Shown here: positions 26,411-39,663 of the stretch, one piece after another
How positions within the stretch are numbered: the stretch's first letter is position 1
Layout of the letters: every line of letters begins with the position of its first letter
From: Antedon mediterranea
Lineage: Eukaryota > Animalia > Echinodermata
Direction of reading: 5' to 3'
Assembly: GCF_964355755.1 (NCBI RefSeq)
Contig: NC_092674.1
Span: 19,220,001 to 19,284,000, forward strand
DNA length: 64,000 nt
The notes under the pieces: generated by a model
The model's database searches: none
The model's input: the letters and a program-made list of their open reading frames with translations, nothing else
What the model was told of the DNA's origin: nothing
Position numbers and translations under genes: made by a program

Positions 26411-27728
26411 TAAATTAATTCACCGCATACGTTCCGATGAACTATGCGTATACTGAAGAGCTCACTGTTTTTTTAAATTAATCAACATTGTTAGATTGTT
26501 TAATGCAATTGAAAAGGTTATAATTTTCGTTAATAGTTAATTACACCATAAAAAACCACATAAATTATAAACTATTAAACCACCTAACTTACGGCTGCTG
26601 TATAAGTGGAAATTGAAACATAATCATGAATGTGATGTATGTGGTGTTATTAAAGATAAAATAGGCGTACGTAACAACATTATATTATAGAAATATATTG
26701 TTTTTTTGCTATTACAATAGACAATAACAGAAGTTCGTTGAAAGAAATTCTTTTACGCTCCGATTGTCTATAAAGAATGTTTTATTCTATGTTTTTGCTA
26801 TATATGAAATTAAGATATTATCTATAATAAATAAAGCAAGTGTGCTAAAACTCCTGGATATTATTCAAGTCGATTATCAATGCATGCTCCTATATAAAGT
26901 GGTTTTATTTTGTATTTTATATCTAATTCTGTCTAATGTTTAAATTTTATATACGAACATAAATAAAAAGGTTAACAAATACACGAACATTAAGAAAAAA
27001 GGAGAATTATAATTGAATAGCAAAAAAATTAACAGATATATGTAAAAATACATTCAATGATTTGGTAGAAGAAGATATAGGTCTATCTATTTTTTTTTCA
27101 ATTATTGGTAAACTTGAATTCAATGTCTTTTCAATCATTTTAGTCCTACCAATTTTGGAAATTATTATTTACTGCTTGCTTTCACAGACATTACCCGGGT
27201 ACAATAAACCGTCACTGCATTTCCCTAAATTAAATCTCTTTCATGTGGTAACCAACGAGAGGCTTAGGGCTTTGTGCGCATACGTTTTATGAGTTACATT
27301 TACACTACTTGAATCATAAGTGCAGAATAGCATTAGTCTTAATTCAATAGAAGTCACACGTTTGAGTAGGCGATTCTTACTTACTTATATCAAGAATTGT
27401 TCACAGACAAAGAAAAAAACAATTGAAACCAGTTTCGTTTTGTTCTATCGAATGGAACAGCTGCTGAGCCGCACACGATGTTTCGGAGTATGAATGGATT
27501 TAGTTTAAAGAATAAAACCTCCTGGTGTTTTATCGCTTTGTAATTTGATTGTTTTGGCTACATAAATAAGTGAATAACACTGAATAGTTTAAGCACCTAC
27601 GATTCGGTGAAGGTATAGATGACTTAAAGGAAAACACTAATATTGTCACACTGTGCTTGTTAGTGTGGTGCCATGGAATAGCACATTCCTGTCAAAATTG
27701 TAATTATTTTTGTTATACATTTTGCAAA

Positions 27729-30700
27729 ATGGAGATAATATTGAGCAATCAAGGTAGGAATTTTATAGTAGTAATTAAAGAGAAACTGTTTGTAGACATT
27801 TGTTTGTTTTTTTTCATTCATAAGATCGAATAATTATATGCATCTTCATAATAATTTGCCCCAAATGAAGATTTTGCTTTCAAAAAGATAACATATTTAA
27901 ATTAAGATCAGGGGTGAATGAATTTTAGAAATTTCACACGGGTTATTATAACCGGTCAGGTATTCATAACATACAATATGTTACACTTTCTCCATGGTTT
28001 ACACACACACACACCCACCTCCACCCACCTAATAAACACATACATAGGGAACTGGACTAAGGACCCAATGGAAATAAGCTCTACAAGTTTCGGCAATCTT
28101 GAAAACATTTTTTCTTTTGTTTTGATTTTGTAGTTTTATGATTTAAAAAAAAAAAAAAATTTAAGGACAGATTAACTTTAAAGTATAAGTGAAGAATGAC
28201 CAAAAATGTGACCTCAGTTTGCTTTAAAACATTGACAATAATATTGGACGTCTATTTCTTCAAAACAAAAATAATTTTATGTATTAGACTGATAAAATTT
28301 ACATTAGTTGAGAATCCAGTAAGGACTCATTTACATTGTAATTATTATGTTTTCACCACAGGTGTAGGTAAATCGTTTTTGGCTCAGCAAAAGGAAGACG
28401 AACGTAATTATGACGTAGAAAAGGCGCGCCAAGTTGCCTTACTTTTCAACCGTGAACGTCTGAAAGATTTGAAGCAAGGATTTAACATGGTAATGGAGGC
28501 ATTTATAGATGTTTTGGAATTAGACCCAGCAAAGGAAGTATCAATTACCTACAGAAACTATCAACAGAAATTACAAAGTATTGTAAGTTTATGATATACA
28601 TTCAAATACAAAAATGTTATTAAAGTATTATAACGTGAAATAATAATGGTGAAAATGAAATGAGATGAAGTTGTTCTTGAATGAATCGAATGAAACGAAT
28701 TATTTTCGAAAAATGTTAATAAATTGATTGGTTCTGCATGGAAGAGAAAAAAAATCTAGTAATTTAACAGAAAAAGTGGACCTAACCTTATTTCCGTCTT
28801 CTATTATCAGATAACTATTAATAGATAAATAAAAAGATAGTCAATTGTGATTATACTATTATGTTTGATTGATTTTGGATTTTTATTTGATTGATAAAGA
28901 TTAATGACGCTTGAACTTAACTTGATTTATACATTTTTGTGGACAAATACATACACTTGGATTGTAAACATTATTTCAACATATACTATAAACTAATCAG
29001 TACATGCGTAATACTAGGAGAAGCATTCAAGTAGTTCGGGAATATTTTTAAAAAAACATAGTTTACAAAAACAAAACTTTAACAGAATAGGCCTAATATT
29101 AAAAGAAATGATTCCTGTGCAATATTTATATGTTTTAAAGCTTTCGTCATTGAAATATTGACGTAATGCAAATGTGTTACTTGTGTTATAATATAGGCTA
29201 CAATTGAATACACAATACGTGTAAGGTATTAAAATTAATTAAAGCTTGATACACAAACGAGGGATTAACTCGTTACTGTCGATTTGTAGGAGAACGAGAG
29301 CTGGTCACGACTACGTCAACGTCATTTAAATGGTCACCCGGATCTTATGGAAGATTTCAACACAAATATGTTACTTAGTGATCGTCTATTACAGTTTGTT
29401 TCTACTTTAGATAACATTAGACAAACTTTATTCGAACAAATACAGGTAAGTAAGTATGGTTCCACCAGTTTCCTTCTGGCCTACTTGCCAACAGAATACC
29501 AATGGCATGGTTGCATATGACAAGTGACCTATGGTGTCAGGAGGACAAATGGCACCTAAGGTGACAAAAGGCCGGGTGGCAAAAAACCTGATGGCTTAAA
29601 GCCAGGTGGCGAATGACTGGTTGGCAATGGGTCATGTTGCAAAGGGCCGATACCTATAGTACTATAGTATCGGCCCTATGGTGTCTTGTAAATACGGTGT
29701 AGAAAACAATGTTCTGACATGATAAGCTTTTATTTGGTATACAAATATTCGAAGGTTCGAAATGGCACGTACTAAAAACTGCCTTCAAAACAAAGATGTT
29801 ACGTTTCAGTAGTAACAGTACCTCTTTCACATCGTCTTTTAACACTCCAGAGTTTAGGACTACACATACCTTACCATACACAACGCCGTTGTTCAATTGT
29901 GAAATTGAATGATGTAGTTTCGCTGCCTGATTGGATCCTATTGAACCATTGGTTTGTTTCTTTATGCTGATTTCAACTCAACACAATTTTATTTTTTGTG
30001 ACCAATTCTAATTCAAATAATATTTTACTGATACAAAACATAAACTATTCTCTAACTTACAATAAGCAATGTACAGTTTATTATACAATAACAATTTATT
30101 TTACGTGGATTTTAGAATAGTTCAAAAAGAGAAGATTCCCTTCTTACTGAACTCAAGAATGTAAGAGGTAAGAGAGGCATCCAGTGATATTTGTAATATA
30201 GCTCTCTGATTATTAGTAGAGACCTTACTATTTAAAAAAATAATTTGTGTTTTTAGTGTATGTTTATAATGTATCATGTAGACAAACACAGCGACGATCA
30301 TAAATTTGTCAGAATGTCTTTCTGCATCTGCATTATATGCATTATATATTATATGTAAGCAATTAGTTCTTTTTAAAGAGATACAAACAAAAAATGTTCA
30401 ACCAATGAGAGTTCAGAAAGTATAACTAATTACAGTACTATATTTTTACCTTTAAAAATACTTGTTTACACAGCTTGCAATTTTCTCTAGCTGTGAATTT
30501 AAATAAAATAAAATTGCTGTTGCTTTTACCAAGCATTTATGTATTGTTTATCTCTAATATACTTCAGGAGATCTTGCAAAGGAAAAACAAACTTCCACAA
30601 ACCTAAAATGGAAACTAGACAAAATGTCTAAAGAATTTAATTCAAAGATGAGTTGCACAGCGATCCTAAGTGAACAGCTCCAGGATAAACAACGGGTTAT

Positions 30701-33700
30701 TGAACAGTAAGCAGGTTTATAATGTCTACAATTTAGTTTAAAATACATATAAAACAGGATAGGTGTTTTTTCTAATTTTGACTTTTACTATAAGACCTAG
30801 TGAACGTTTAAATATGTGTTTCATGTATAATAAGACAAAATAAAAACGATTAAAAATAACCAAAACATTGTTAGACAGCCAATTCGACTAAAAATTTTTC
30901 AGGTAAATCATTTCTCAAGGTGAATAACTATTATGTTACATTAAAATTGAATATTCACAAAATAATAATAATAATTTTTCAGTGGGTTAGAAGTGTGATG
31001 TATATCTGTTGTTGGAGATTAAAATACAACAAAAAAGGCGTCAGTGAATGACAATAATGATGATGATTTGGTCATTTTGATAGATTACATCGGAATGGTA
31101 CCGTTCAGTTATGGGAAAAAGAGAAGAAAATTCTGTTAGAAAACGTAGCACAACACGAAAAAGAATTAGAAAAAGAGCTAGCCGATTTGCAAAAGGTACA
31201 CGAACAGACTAAAGATCGTTTGAACAGAAGAAATCGGGTATGTTATACATATTGTCAACTGCATTATAAAATTATTGGCTATTTAATTTTTCAGTTGTTA
31301 ATAAATAATACCATCAATCGTTCTTTTGTGTAGGAATTGGATGAAAAACTGAAAGTGGAAAAGATGAAAGATATCGTTTCTCGAATAGCAGAGAGAGGTG
31401 GTAAATTGCAATTAAAAACCATCAATATTATCATACTAAACACTGTACCTTGTTAGATTAATAATTATTTGTGTCTCAGGTTAAAAAAGAACATAGATAA
31501 AAATAAAATAATTAAATTATAAATATAACCATGTCAATTTCTGTATTAAATATTAAACGAATTGAGCACAAAGATGTTCTAATATTGATTACTCGTGAAA
31601 GAAGCACAGTAACATAATAAAAGATAAAAGCTTTTGTAATATCAACCTTTAGTTTCCACTTATTTTTTCGGATTATTTACATCAAAGAATGTCCTATTTT
31701 TCCTTCTTTATGTAATTAATTTTTACTACTTAGAAACATTTGTTGAACTGGAAGACTGTAGACGAAGGATGTATACTTTAGAAAGAGATATGACTTACAT
31801 TGAGAAAGAGATAGAAGATCATCAAAAATTATTTGTTGGCTGTATAAAAGGAGTCAGGGAAGACTTTTTGTGAGTAAATTAACTTTTGTGTTGCTGCTAT
31901 GTTAAGCAAGGTATAACATGATATAACATGCTTAGAACAATGTGGGTTATCTTCAATTATTATGTGAAAGTATCTCGGGAGAGAAAGCTTTGGACAGTAA
32001 AGACAATATATTTATTCGATCATAAGATTTTGTTTTTACTAACTGATTGTTTTACTTTGTCAACAACACATTTTACAAATTCTTTTAACAAATATAAATT
32101 CAAATACAGAAAATGCGAAAAAAACCCAAAATGTTTTAAATTAGTTTTGATAATTACTTTTCAATAATATCGCGATAAAGTTAAATTTCCTGTATTAATA
32201 TCGATTTCAATTAAATTAAATTTACTTAATGAGCTTAATTGAACAGGCCCTAATGTAATTTGAAAATATTTGTTTAGTTATAATGTATTAAGGAGAGAAT
32301 TGGAATGCCATGATGCTTCGTTCTTCAAGCAACGTCGCCAGAAGTCGTAGAAGTACAAGTTTCTCTTCTTTACTAAGAGAAACAGATTTCACTAACTATA
32401 CTATTAAGATAATGTAAAATTAAATTGACATTTTTATTAAATTTATTTATTTTGGTATACCGGTACTGTATTATAATAATATTAGATTTATCAAACTTCA
32501 ATATTTAAATTAAAACAGTTAGATTGCAAATTGATGCACTAAAATTACATAAAACCAAACAACTGGAATGGCCGTGCCATAATTAATTATCTAAAAATTG
32601 GAAAACTGAATTGCAGTGTATTACACTAAAATTGCTTAATGCCATGTCATTAATTTATTTAAATAATAATTGTTATTATGTTTTTGCGAGGGTCCCTATG
32701 ATCAGCTTCGGATGGATGGACCTCGGTAAATATTGTTGAAATAAATGAATAGATCAATTGCACAGAATGTATTCATTCAATTAATTGTTACATTACATTA
32801 GGACAATCGTAGAAAGGGATAAAGAAAATGGAACAGTGGACAAAGATGATGTAAGGAAGATGACACTTATAATGGACGCAATTTACAATGGTGTTCGTTC
32901 TGGACGTTTAGATATAACAAAAGCTGATTTGCCATTACATTACATAGCACTAGAAGAGGTTAGTTGATTCTGTATCTGTACTAAGCTCAATTGTGTGGTG
33001 TTTGTTAACGATACTTATGATTATCAGCGAAGTATGTATTGATCCCGGGTATACAGTTCATTGAAATGAAGCAAATGTCACTATTGGTATAAAATACACT
33101 TACTACCATTATCCACTTTCATACAGTTCAAGTCCTGTTTTGATTATTTATGGCAAATATATTTTGTATTATCTTAGGAAATTACCGGACATCCTTCAAA
33201 GAAGAAAATTACAAAGACGTAAGCTAGTTCTTTTTTTATAGATCTGTAAATTATTTTCAAATATCTTACAAATACATGCAATTTGTTGTTCTTTCTTCCT
33301 CATTCTTTAACCACATTGTGATCTTTTTCTCATTTTACGCCTATGTTTATATATAGGCCTAAAATATAAAATATTAACCATTCGAAAACCAACTAACGTA
33401 ATCGAATTATGTATATGTGTAAGAGTTTAAATGATTGTCATTTTCCTCTCGTAAATTATTTGCTGCAAACATTTCCAGTCAATACTTGCATATTCAAGCA
33501 GTTATTCCCGTTGAATCAAGGTATGAACGAATTATAATAGTTCACATGTTTGCTGTTATTATACGATTTTCTGACCATGTACAGTATTTCTTGCTGTATG
33601 TTACGTCCTTTTTTAAAAAATGAAAATAGTATCAGTTAGTGTAGTGCACTGTTATTGTTTTCTCCCAATATACAATACATCGACGCAGGACATATTTCCG

Positions 33701-36146
33701 ACATGACATACAGAGAGGAGTGCCAACGAATTTATCCTTAATACATTGATGTGAAAAAAGCTCTTGTAAAATTGTGTGAGAGAGCCAGATGATAACAATT
33801 CCTATTTGATTTCATAGTAGAAATAGTAGTAGGACAAACTATAATGGTAGTTCAGTTGAAAACATTATAATTAGGCTACTGTATATTAGGCTACTGTATA
33901 TTAGGCTACTGTAAATTAGGCTACTGTATATTAGGCTACTGTATAATAGGCTACTGTATATTAGGCTACTGTATATTAGGCTACTGTATATTAGGCTACT
34001 GTATATTAGGCTACTGTATATTAGGCTACTGTATATTAGGCTACTGTATATTAGGCTACTGTATATTAGGCTACTGTATATTAGGCTACTGTATATTAGG
34101 CTACTGTATATTAGGCTACTGTATATTAGGCTACTGTATATTAGGCTACTGTATATTAGGCTACTGTATATTAGGTTACTGTATATTAGGCTACTGTATA
34201 TTAGGCTACTGTATATTAGGCTACTGTATATTAGGCTACTGTATATTCCAGAAACGATATTAAATAACTGCTTATGAGATCGCCTTGGTGAGAAAAATAC
34301 GTTGTTGGTTTTATGTGTCTTTTAATATTCAATTGCACCCGAGTCATGTAGTGTAATGCATTTTACTTATTTTTACATCGTATTTTGTGTCGTTTTTACT
34401 TTAATGCTGTATGTTATTTTTTTGTCTATACTGCTGTGTATATTTTATTCCGCTACGGCGATCGTTCGAAATCACATTAAAAACTATATACTGCTCTAAC
34501 AAATGATATTCCATAGCAGGTTTAAAAATTATACATAAACGGGGGGGTTTTAGACCAAATACCGATTATGTATGCGTCTTGGAAATCCCTCTAATTTCTA
34601 ATTTAAAAGTTATATTTATATATGTTATTAGTTAGTTACGATTGTACTTATTTTTTGTGTCATTTTGTTTTTCATTGTAACAGTAAATTGCGTCCTGTTG
34701 AAAAACACCTTGAAGGAATTGATACATGCGATAAGAAAAATGAGAGAGTGAAAGATGAGAGGTTACATCAATCACGCATAACTACATCTTCAACACCTTC
34801 TTGTCCCTCTGCTCACCCACCAACGGTCCTTGTTGTTCCCGAATCGACAGATGAGCCTAACCTTACAATTCAGTCGGCAAAAACACGAATACGTAGTGGA
34901 CGTCCAAGAACTTCTTCTAAAAGTCCACGCCTCAGACCTAAAACTGCAAAGAATATAACGAATCCAGGTTCCAATGAACGAATGAATAAAACAAACAATG
35001 GACAAATAAGAGTAAACTCTACACAAAAGCACAATTCCAGAAGAGCATCGACATATTCATTTTCAACAGCAAACTTTGCCGGTATATATTTTAAGAATGT
35101 TACATATAGTATACGAATAGAAAATTTGACATAATTTCTATTAGGCCCAAAACATCACACTTATCTTTAAATTTGTTTACAGAACACCACACAGAACTTA
35201 TAAATATCAGAACTGGCCAATTAAACATTAAGGAATCAATGAAGCTATTCAAGTGTTATACTAAAGAGCAGGTACGTCATAATAATGATAATTAATAACA
35301 AATTATTGAATGGTATTATAATATACATTATAATATAAATTATAATAGGCCTTTGTAGAATTTGCGCGAATGGAATACCTGCACACAAGTGTAATTGTGT
35401 AAAAAAGATGATAATATGTTTCTCTAATGAGAGTGTGATGAATATGACTTGTTGTCACAGAGTTAGATAAGGATTTTGTTTCAAAACCCTAACACCTATT
35501 GATGAGTATCTTGACGAATCTTATGAAATTATGTTTGTGAACATTTGGACTATAAGTGACATAGATGCGTCATGGGTTTCTATATTTCTTTTTAGATTTT
35601 GGAACATTACAACATGTTTATAAAATACGATACAAGTAAGGATTATTCTCTGGACCTTAGTGAAACAAGTGAAGCAATTCATTCAACTGTTGGTGATTAT
35701 TATACACAAGAACAAATAAAGGTATATAGGTCTAGTGAATGCTATCATTATAACTCATGAGAGAAAATCACTGATTCGTTCTTGTTATCTGTCTGATCAA
35801 GGAAAGCCTTATGTGAGGCTAATAAGGCAACAGAAAGTAGCGTGTCCATGAGAATTTCACCATCTGTGTTGCTAATACATCTTCGTCTTGACTAAATGAA
35901 TATTACCGGAGACCAATAACATTGTACTATTTTTACACCTCCTGCAATACTTGACATTTTAATTTCCGTTTCTTGTAGGAGGTTATGGAGGAAGTGGATG
36001 TAAATCACTCAAACTCAATTGATTTTTATGAATACCTAGGTATAGCATCTATGTTAAAGCAACGATCAGGCAATTCAAAGGTTTTCAAAAGTGGTATTGT
36101 TAGGCATGGAGGAACATCAGTATCAAAAATGTGTGTTGTGCAATAA
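27729..36146 (+). CDS. Uncharacterised coiled-coil protein with C-terminal EF-hand pair and CaaX motif (multi-exon)
   Basis: Exons include 27729-27753 (MEIILSNQ), 28362-28582, 29290-29445, ~30117-30168, ~30569-30706, ~31084-31237, ~31334-31401, ~31735-31870, ~32802-32958, ~34684-35081, ~35183-35271, ~35597-35721 (loop DTSKDYSLDLSE) and 35979-36146 (loop DVNHSNSIDFYE; ends SKMCVVQ*). The start codon and some internal exons are uncertain. Confidence 0.75.
33871..34247. repeat. Intronic minisatellite (TTAGGCTACTGTATA)n, 15-bp unit, ~25 copies
   Basis: Directly visible, near-perfect tandem array. Confidence 0.97.
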
Positions 36147-37242
36147 CTAATTAATCGTCGAATATAAAACAAATAGGTCGAAATAACTTACTATTTTATT
36201 AAAGGCCAAGTTCAGATAAAAAGAGTAACATCGAGGAATTTTTCCTTTCATAAAATAACGTGTGGATAGTAATTTATTTAATTACGCTTAATATCAAGTT
36301 AAAAGTAAACATTCTATGTGTGGAATACTACATTACTCGCGTATTGTTTAGAGAGCCTGGAAGGTGATACATTCTATTTAGTTTATTCAGTTTATCTCTG
36401 GTTAGCCTATAAGTTGTCTTTTATATGTATTTTCTATCTCAATAATACCTTGCAACAACCAATACAATTACAATAAGCAAATACTGACCAATAATAGATG
36501 TGTGAAATCCCAATATAGAAACTCCTTAATTTTACCATTGGTATAATGATAGGCCTCGTCTGTAGTTTATTATAAACAATTATTATCTTGAATAAATTAA
36601 TTCTACAAACAGACGCTTTTCCAAAAAGTGGTAATACTAAACAATGTGTGTTGTGAAATAACATGTGTTGCTTCAAGCCATATTCCCTATTAGTTAAACA
36701 AAGTTAAAAGGAGGTATATTATGAAATGGACAAAATTTGAAAATATTTGGGTCAACAAATTTCAGCTAAAAAAGGTAATGGTGGTCTAACAAACAATATT
36801 GATTCTACATTCTACACGCACGACTACTCAAATTTGCCAGGCAAATCCATTAAATACATCTTAGTTGTGTCACCAAGTATTAGGAAACTTTATTCAATGT
36901 TCCGAATGAAATCAACCGATCACCAAAAAGTTAATTCAAATAATATTTATAAAATAAACATATACAACAAACAACATACATGGCTGCAGTCAAATTTGAG
37001 TTAGTGTTTACCGACCGCCTAACCGACCGACCAACCATCCGACCAACCGACCGACATAGTGAGCTGTAGAGTAGAGTAAAAATACTACAGTGGATGCTGC
37101 AATTTGCTTTAAAGGAGAAGGTGTTAGATGAAAAAGGAACTCTTATAGATTATCAGAAGAGGTGGCAAGAGGAGAAAACCAAGGGTTGAAAAGAGAAAGC
37201 CCTACATGGAGATTCTTGATGATATTATTAAAGAAAGGTTGT

Positions 37243-37703
37243 AAAACAGAAATCGGGCAAAAAGAGTGCATATTAAGGTTTAACGCTTAAAATTGCCTGA
37301 AACGTACTTTAATTTCATCGAAAATAAATTTGGACACTTTTAAGCTCGTGTACGCATGCGTTATCTGCCCTACGCACGTATTTGTATTTCCATATGATGA
37401 AATTTGACCTGACATTTATGAATACTAAATGTTATTTAATTGTGATTCATGCTTGTGAAGATATGATTACAAACGTGATTTTGTTAAATCGTGCGTAGAC
37501 CGCGTAATTTTTGATTTCGCACCGTGAAAACATAACCACATCGATTCCTGGCCATAAGGAATATACTGTAAACAATTGACTTAGCTGGATGAAACTGATA
37601 TCAAGACAATGCCATATACAACTTAGTGTTTACCGACCGACCGACCAACGGACCAACCGACCGACATAGTGAGCTGTAGAGTCGCGTTGCACGCGACTAA
37701 AAT
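37243..37703 (+). mobile_element. HINE-like repeat with (ACCG)n tract and terminal hairpin
   Basis: Ends ACCGACCGACATAGTGAGCTGTAGAGTCGCG-ttgca-CGCGACTAAAA; reverse-complement copies at ~57043-57775 and 55083-55152; partial copy at ~36980-37072. Confidence 0.65.
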
Positions 37704-38208
37704 TAAAGGAAAGAAAAGAAGAAAACTTTTCACTTCAAACGTTTCAATTTGAGAATAACAATTCTCATAATTAGGCTAGTTAAATATTAATTACTAGAAT
37801 AATCAAATGAAATAACGTTCCAATCCATTAATTATTTAATGAAGATTATCCCGCCAAATACCTTAAAACACCAATCTCGTAAAAAAAACCGGCATAGATA
37901 GAATCTGAAAATAAATGACAATAGTAGCTCAATTAAAAATAAATGAGTAAATTTAGTCAAATTCTTTATTCATTCCACGTCGGGAAATTTAAAAAACCGT
38001 ATAAACAATATAAATAAACACATACGGTAGTAATAAAAAAAAACACAAAAATTAAATCAGATTTAAATACACGAACCTTTAATCTTATTGACAGCTTGGT
38101 ATTGGTAGTTCAATAGTAAACTATTTATCAGCTATCATGCTTTCTTAAAGATAAATTGTTTGAAGATATAAAAAGTATTACTATTCCTACTATATTCCTT
38201 CTGATAAA

Positions 38209-38390
38209 CTAGATGGTACGCTTGCTTCGCTCGCGTTCTTTCTATAGTTCTCGACAATACACAGTAATTTCAGCGTAAAAAATGGCGGATTCAAATGTAC
38301 GTACCGCAGGACTAATACATGTCGTTTGCAGGAACGAATACATAGACAGGTTTATGTAGTAAAATAAAATTAGCACCCTGAGAATTACTT
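38209..38390 (-). mobile_element. Truncated inverted copy of the 26240-26410 / 52500-52720 repeat, cut at the left edge of the viral island
   Basis: Reverse complement of 26250-26410 up to ..CACCCTGAGAATTACTT (38390), where similarity stops abruptly. Confidence 0.7.
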
Positions 38391-38482
38391 GAGTCCAATT
38401 TAAATTTAGCTGGTTGTAACTTTTTAAAAGATTTGTTGTGTTCGGCTTACGTGAGAAAAAAGTGTTGGGCTGCACGCTGCGC

Positions 38483-39250
38483 TCACCGGTTCGAAGACTT
38501 TGTCATCGACACCACTCGACCGTCCACGTAGATCATGGAGTCTTCGCTGTGTCCTTCGTCGCTTGGCACGGGAGGGTATCCTATACTGATCCTACCCGTT
38601 TCGATGTCGGTTCGCATGTAGACGGGCACGTCGTCGATCGATCTGTCGTACGCTGGACCTTGGACGAGAACGTGACCGCCTTTGCGAGTGTCGTTGAAGA
38701 GAGAAAACGTGTAAATCTCGATGCCGTCCGAGTACAGCTTCATCTTGGAAAGGCAGGAGAATCCGTCCGCTTGGTCTTCGTGCGGCTCGTCGCATCGTTC
38801 GTTGGGTACCCAAGTCCTGTTGACAGCACGCATCATAAGAGAACGTCCTTCGTCCGAAACAATGTGGTATCCGGTGTCCGATGTGACCACGACGTCACCG
38901 AAGCTTAACTTGCACTTGGTCTCGCGTAAAAGGCCACCGGCACGTCTTAACCGAACGTGGTTCATCACGGTGATCGTCAAGAGCACGATTTGGACGAAGA
39001 ATAAAAGACCGGCGTAAATTCCCCAGTCACGTCTGCGTAAGTCGAAGTCACGCCCAGCCTTGCTGCGACCGGTCCTGCCAGCAACGTTTTTAGCAACCGA
39101 TCTATCGTTTCTCTTCGTGACAGGAGATCCGAGCGCATCGGTGCTGCCGACAGCATTGCCGATCTTAGCCCGTCCGAATGCACGATGCCTCCGACCGTCG
39201 TTGTCTTCTTCGATTTCGACGAACTTTTGTCTGTCGTCGTTTTCTGCCAT
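38483..39250 (-). CDS. Predicted type II membrane glycoprotein (viral island), 255 aa
   Basis: Charged N-terminal tail, single TM segment WGIYAGLLFFVQIVLLTITVM, then RLRR, Cys residues and N-glycosylation sequons NRT and NDT. Confidence 0.7.
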   Translation of the reverse strand: MAENDDRQKFVEIEEDNDGRRHRAFGRAKIGNAVGSTDALGSPVTKRNDRSVAKNVAGRTGRSKAGRDFDLRRRDWGIYAGLLFFVQIVLLTITVMNHVRLRRAGGLLRETKCKLSFGDVVVTSDTGYHIVSDEGRSLMMRAVNRTWVPNERCDEPHEDQADGFSCLSKMKLYSDGIEIYTFSLFNDTRKGGHVLVQGPAYDRSIDDVPVYMRTDIETGRISIGYPPVPSDEGHSEDSMIYVDGRVVSMTKSSNR

Positions 39251-39663
39251 TCTTGTTGACGACGTATATTGGCAAAGGTCCTGTTACGCAAACTCTCGGC
39301 GACCGAATCTTCGACGGAAAACACCGATAGCAAGCCAAACCTGACGTCGTGAATCAGTATCGAAAGACACGATAATAGGAGTGTCGAGAAGCAGAACACG
39401 TAGACTTTCATCGCTGTGTTTGCAGAGTGTTGAACTGAAACGCTGACAAGATAATTTCTCGCTTACACTCGAAATCGGCAAACTCTCGTTTTTGCGAAGT
39501 TTAGTTTGCGACCGTCGGAACGAATAGCATAAAGAGAAAACTTTCGCAATCAGGCTTCAGTCACACGTAGACCTCGGAAGTTTATCGGTAAAGCGAATAC
39601 TTAAAAACTAAAAACTAAATACTAAAACAGACAGACTCGACTCGCCGCAAAAACGGCAACAAA

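Noticed and set aside
33871-34247. Telomeric repeat or viral integration mark (contains TTAGGC)
   Set aside because: The unit is a 15-mer, not a tandem hexamer; it is intronic and ~4 kb from the island.
38257-38272. TACACAGTAATTTC as the left TIR pairing with ..GCTGTGTA at 47251 (a transposon carrying the whole island)
   Set aside because: It is an internal part of the other repeat family (matches CTGAAATTACTGTGTA at ~52647), and similarity does not extend beyond CACAG.
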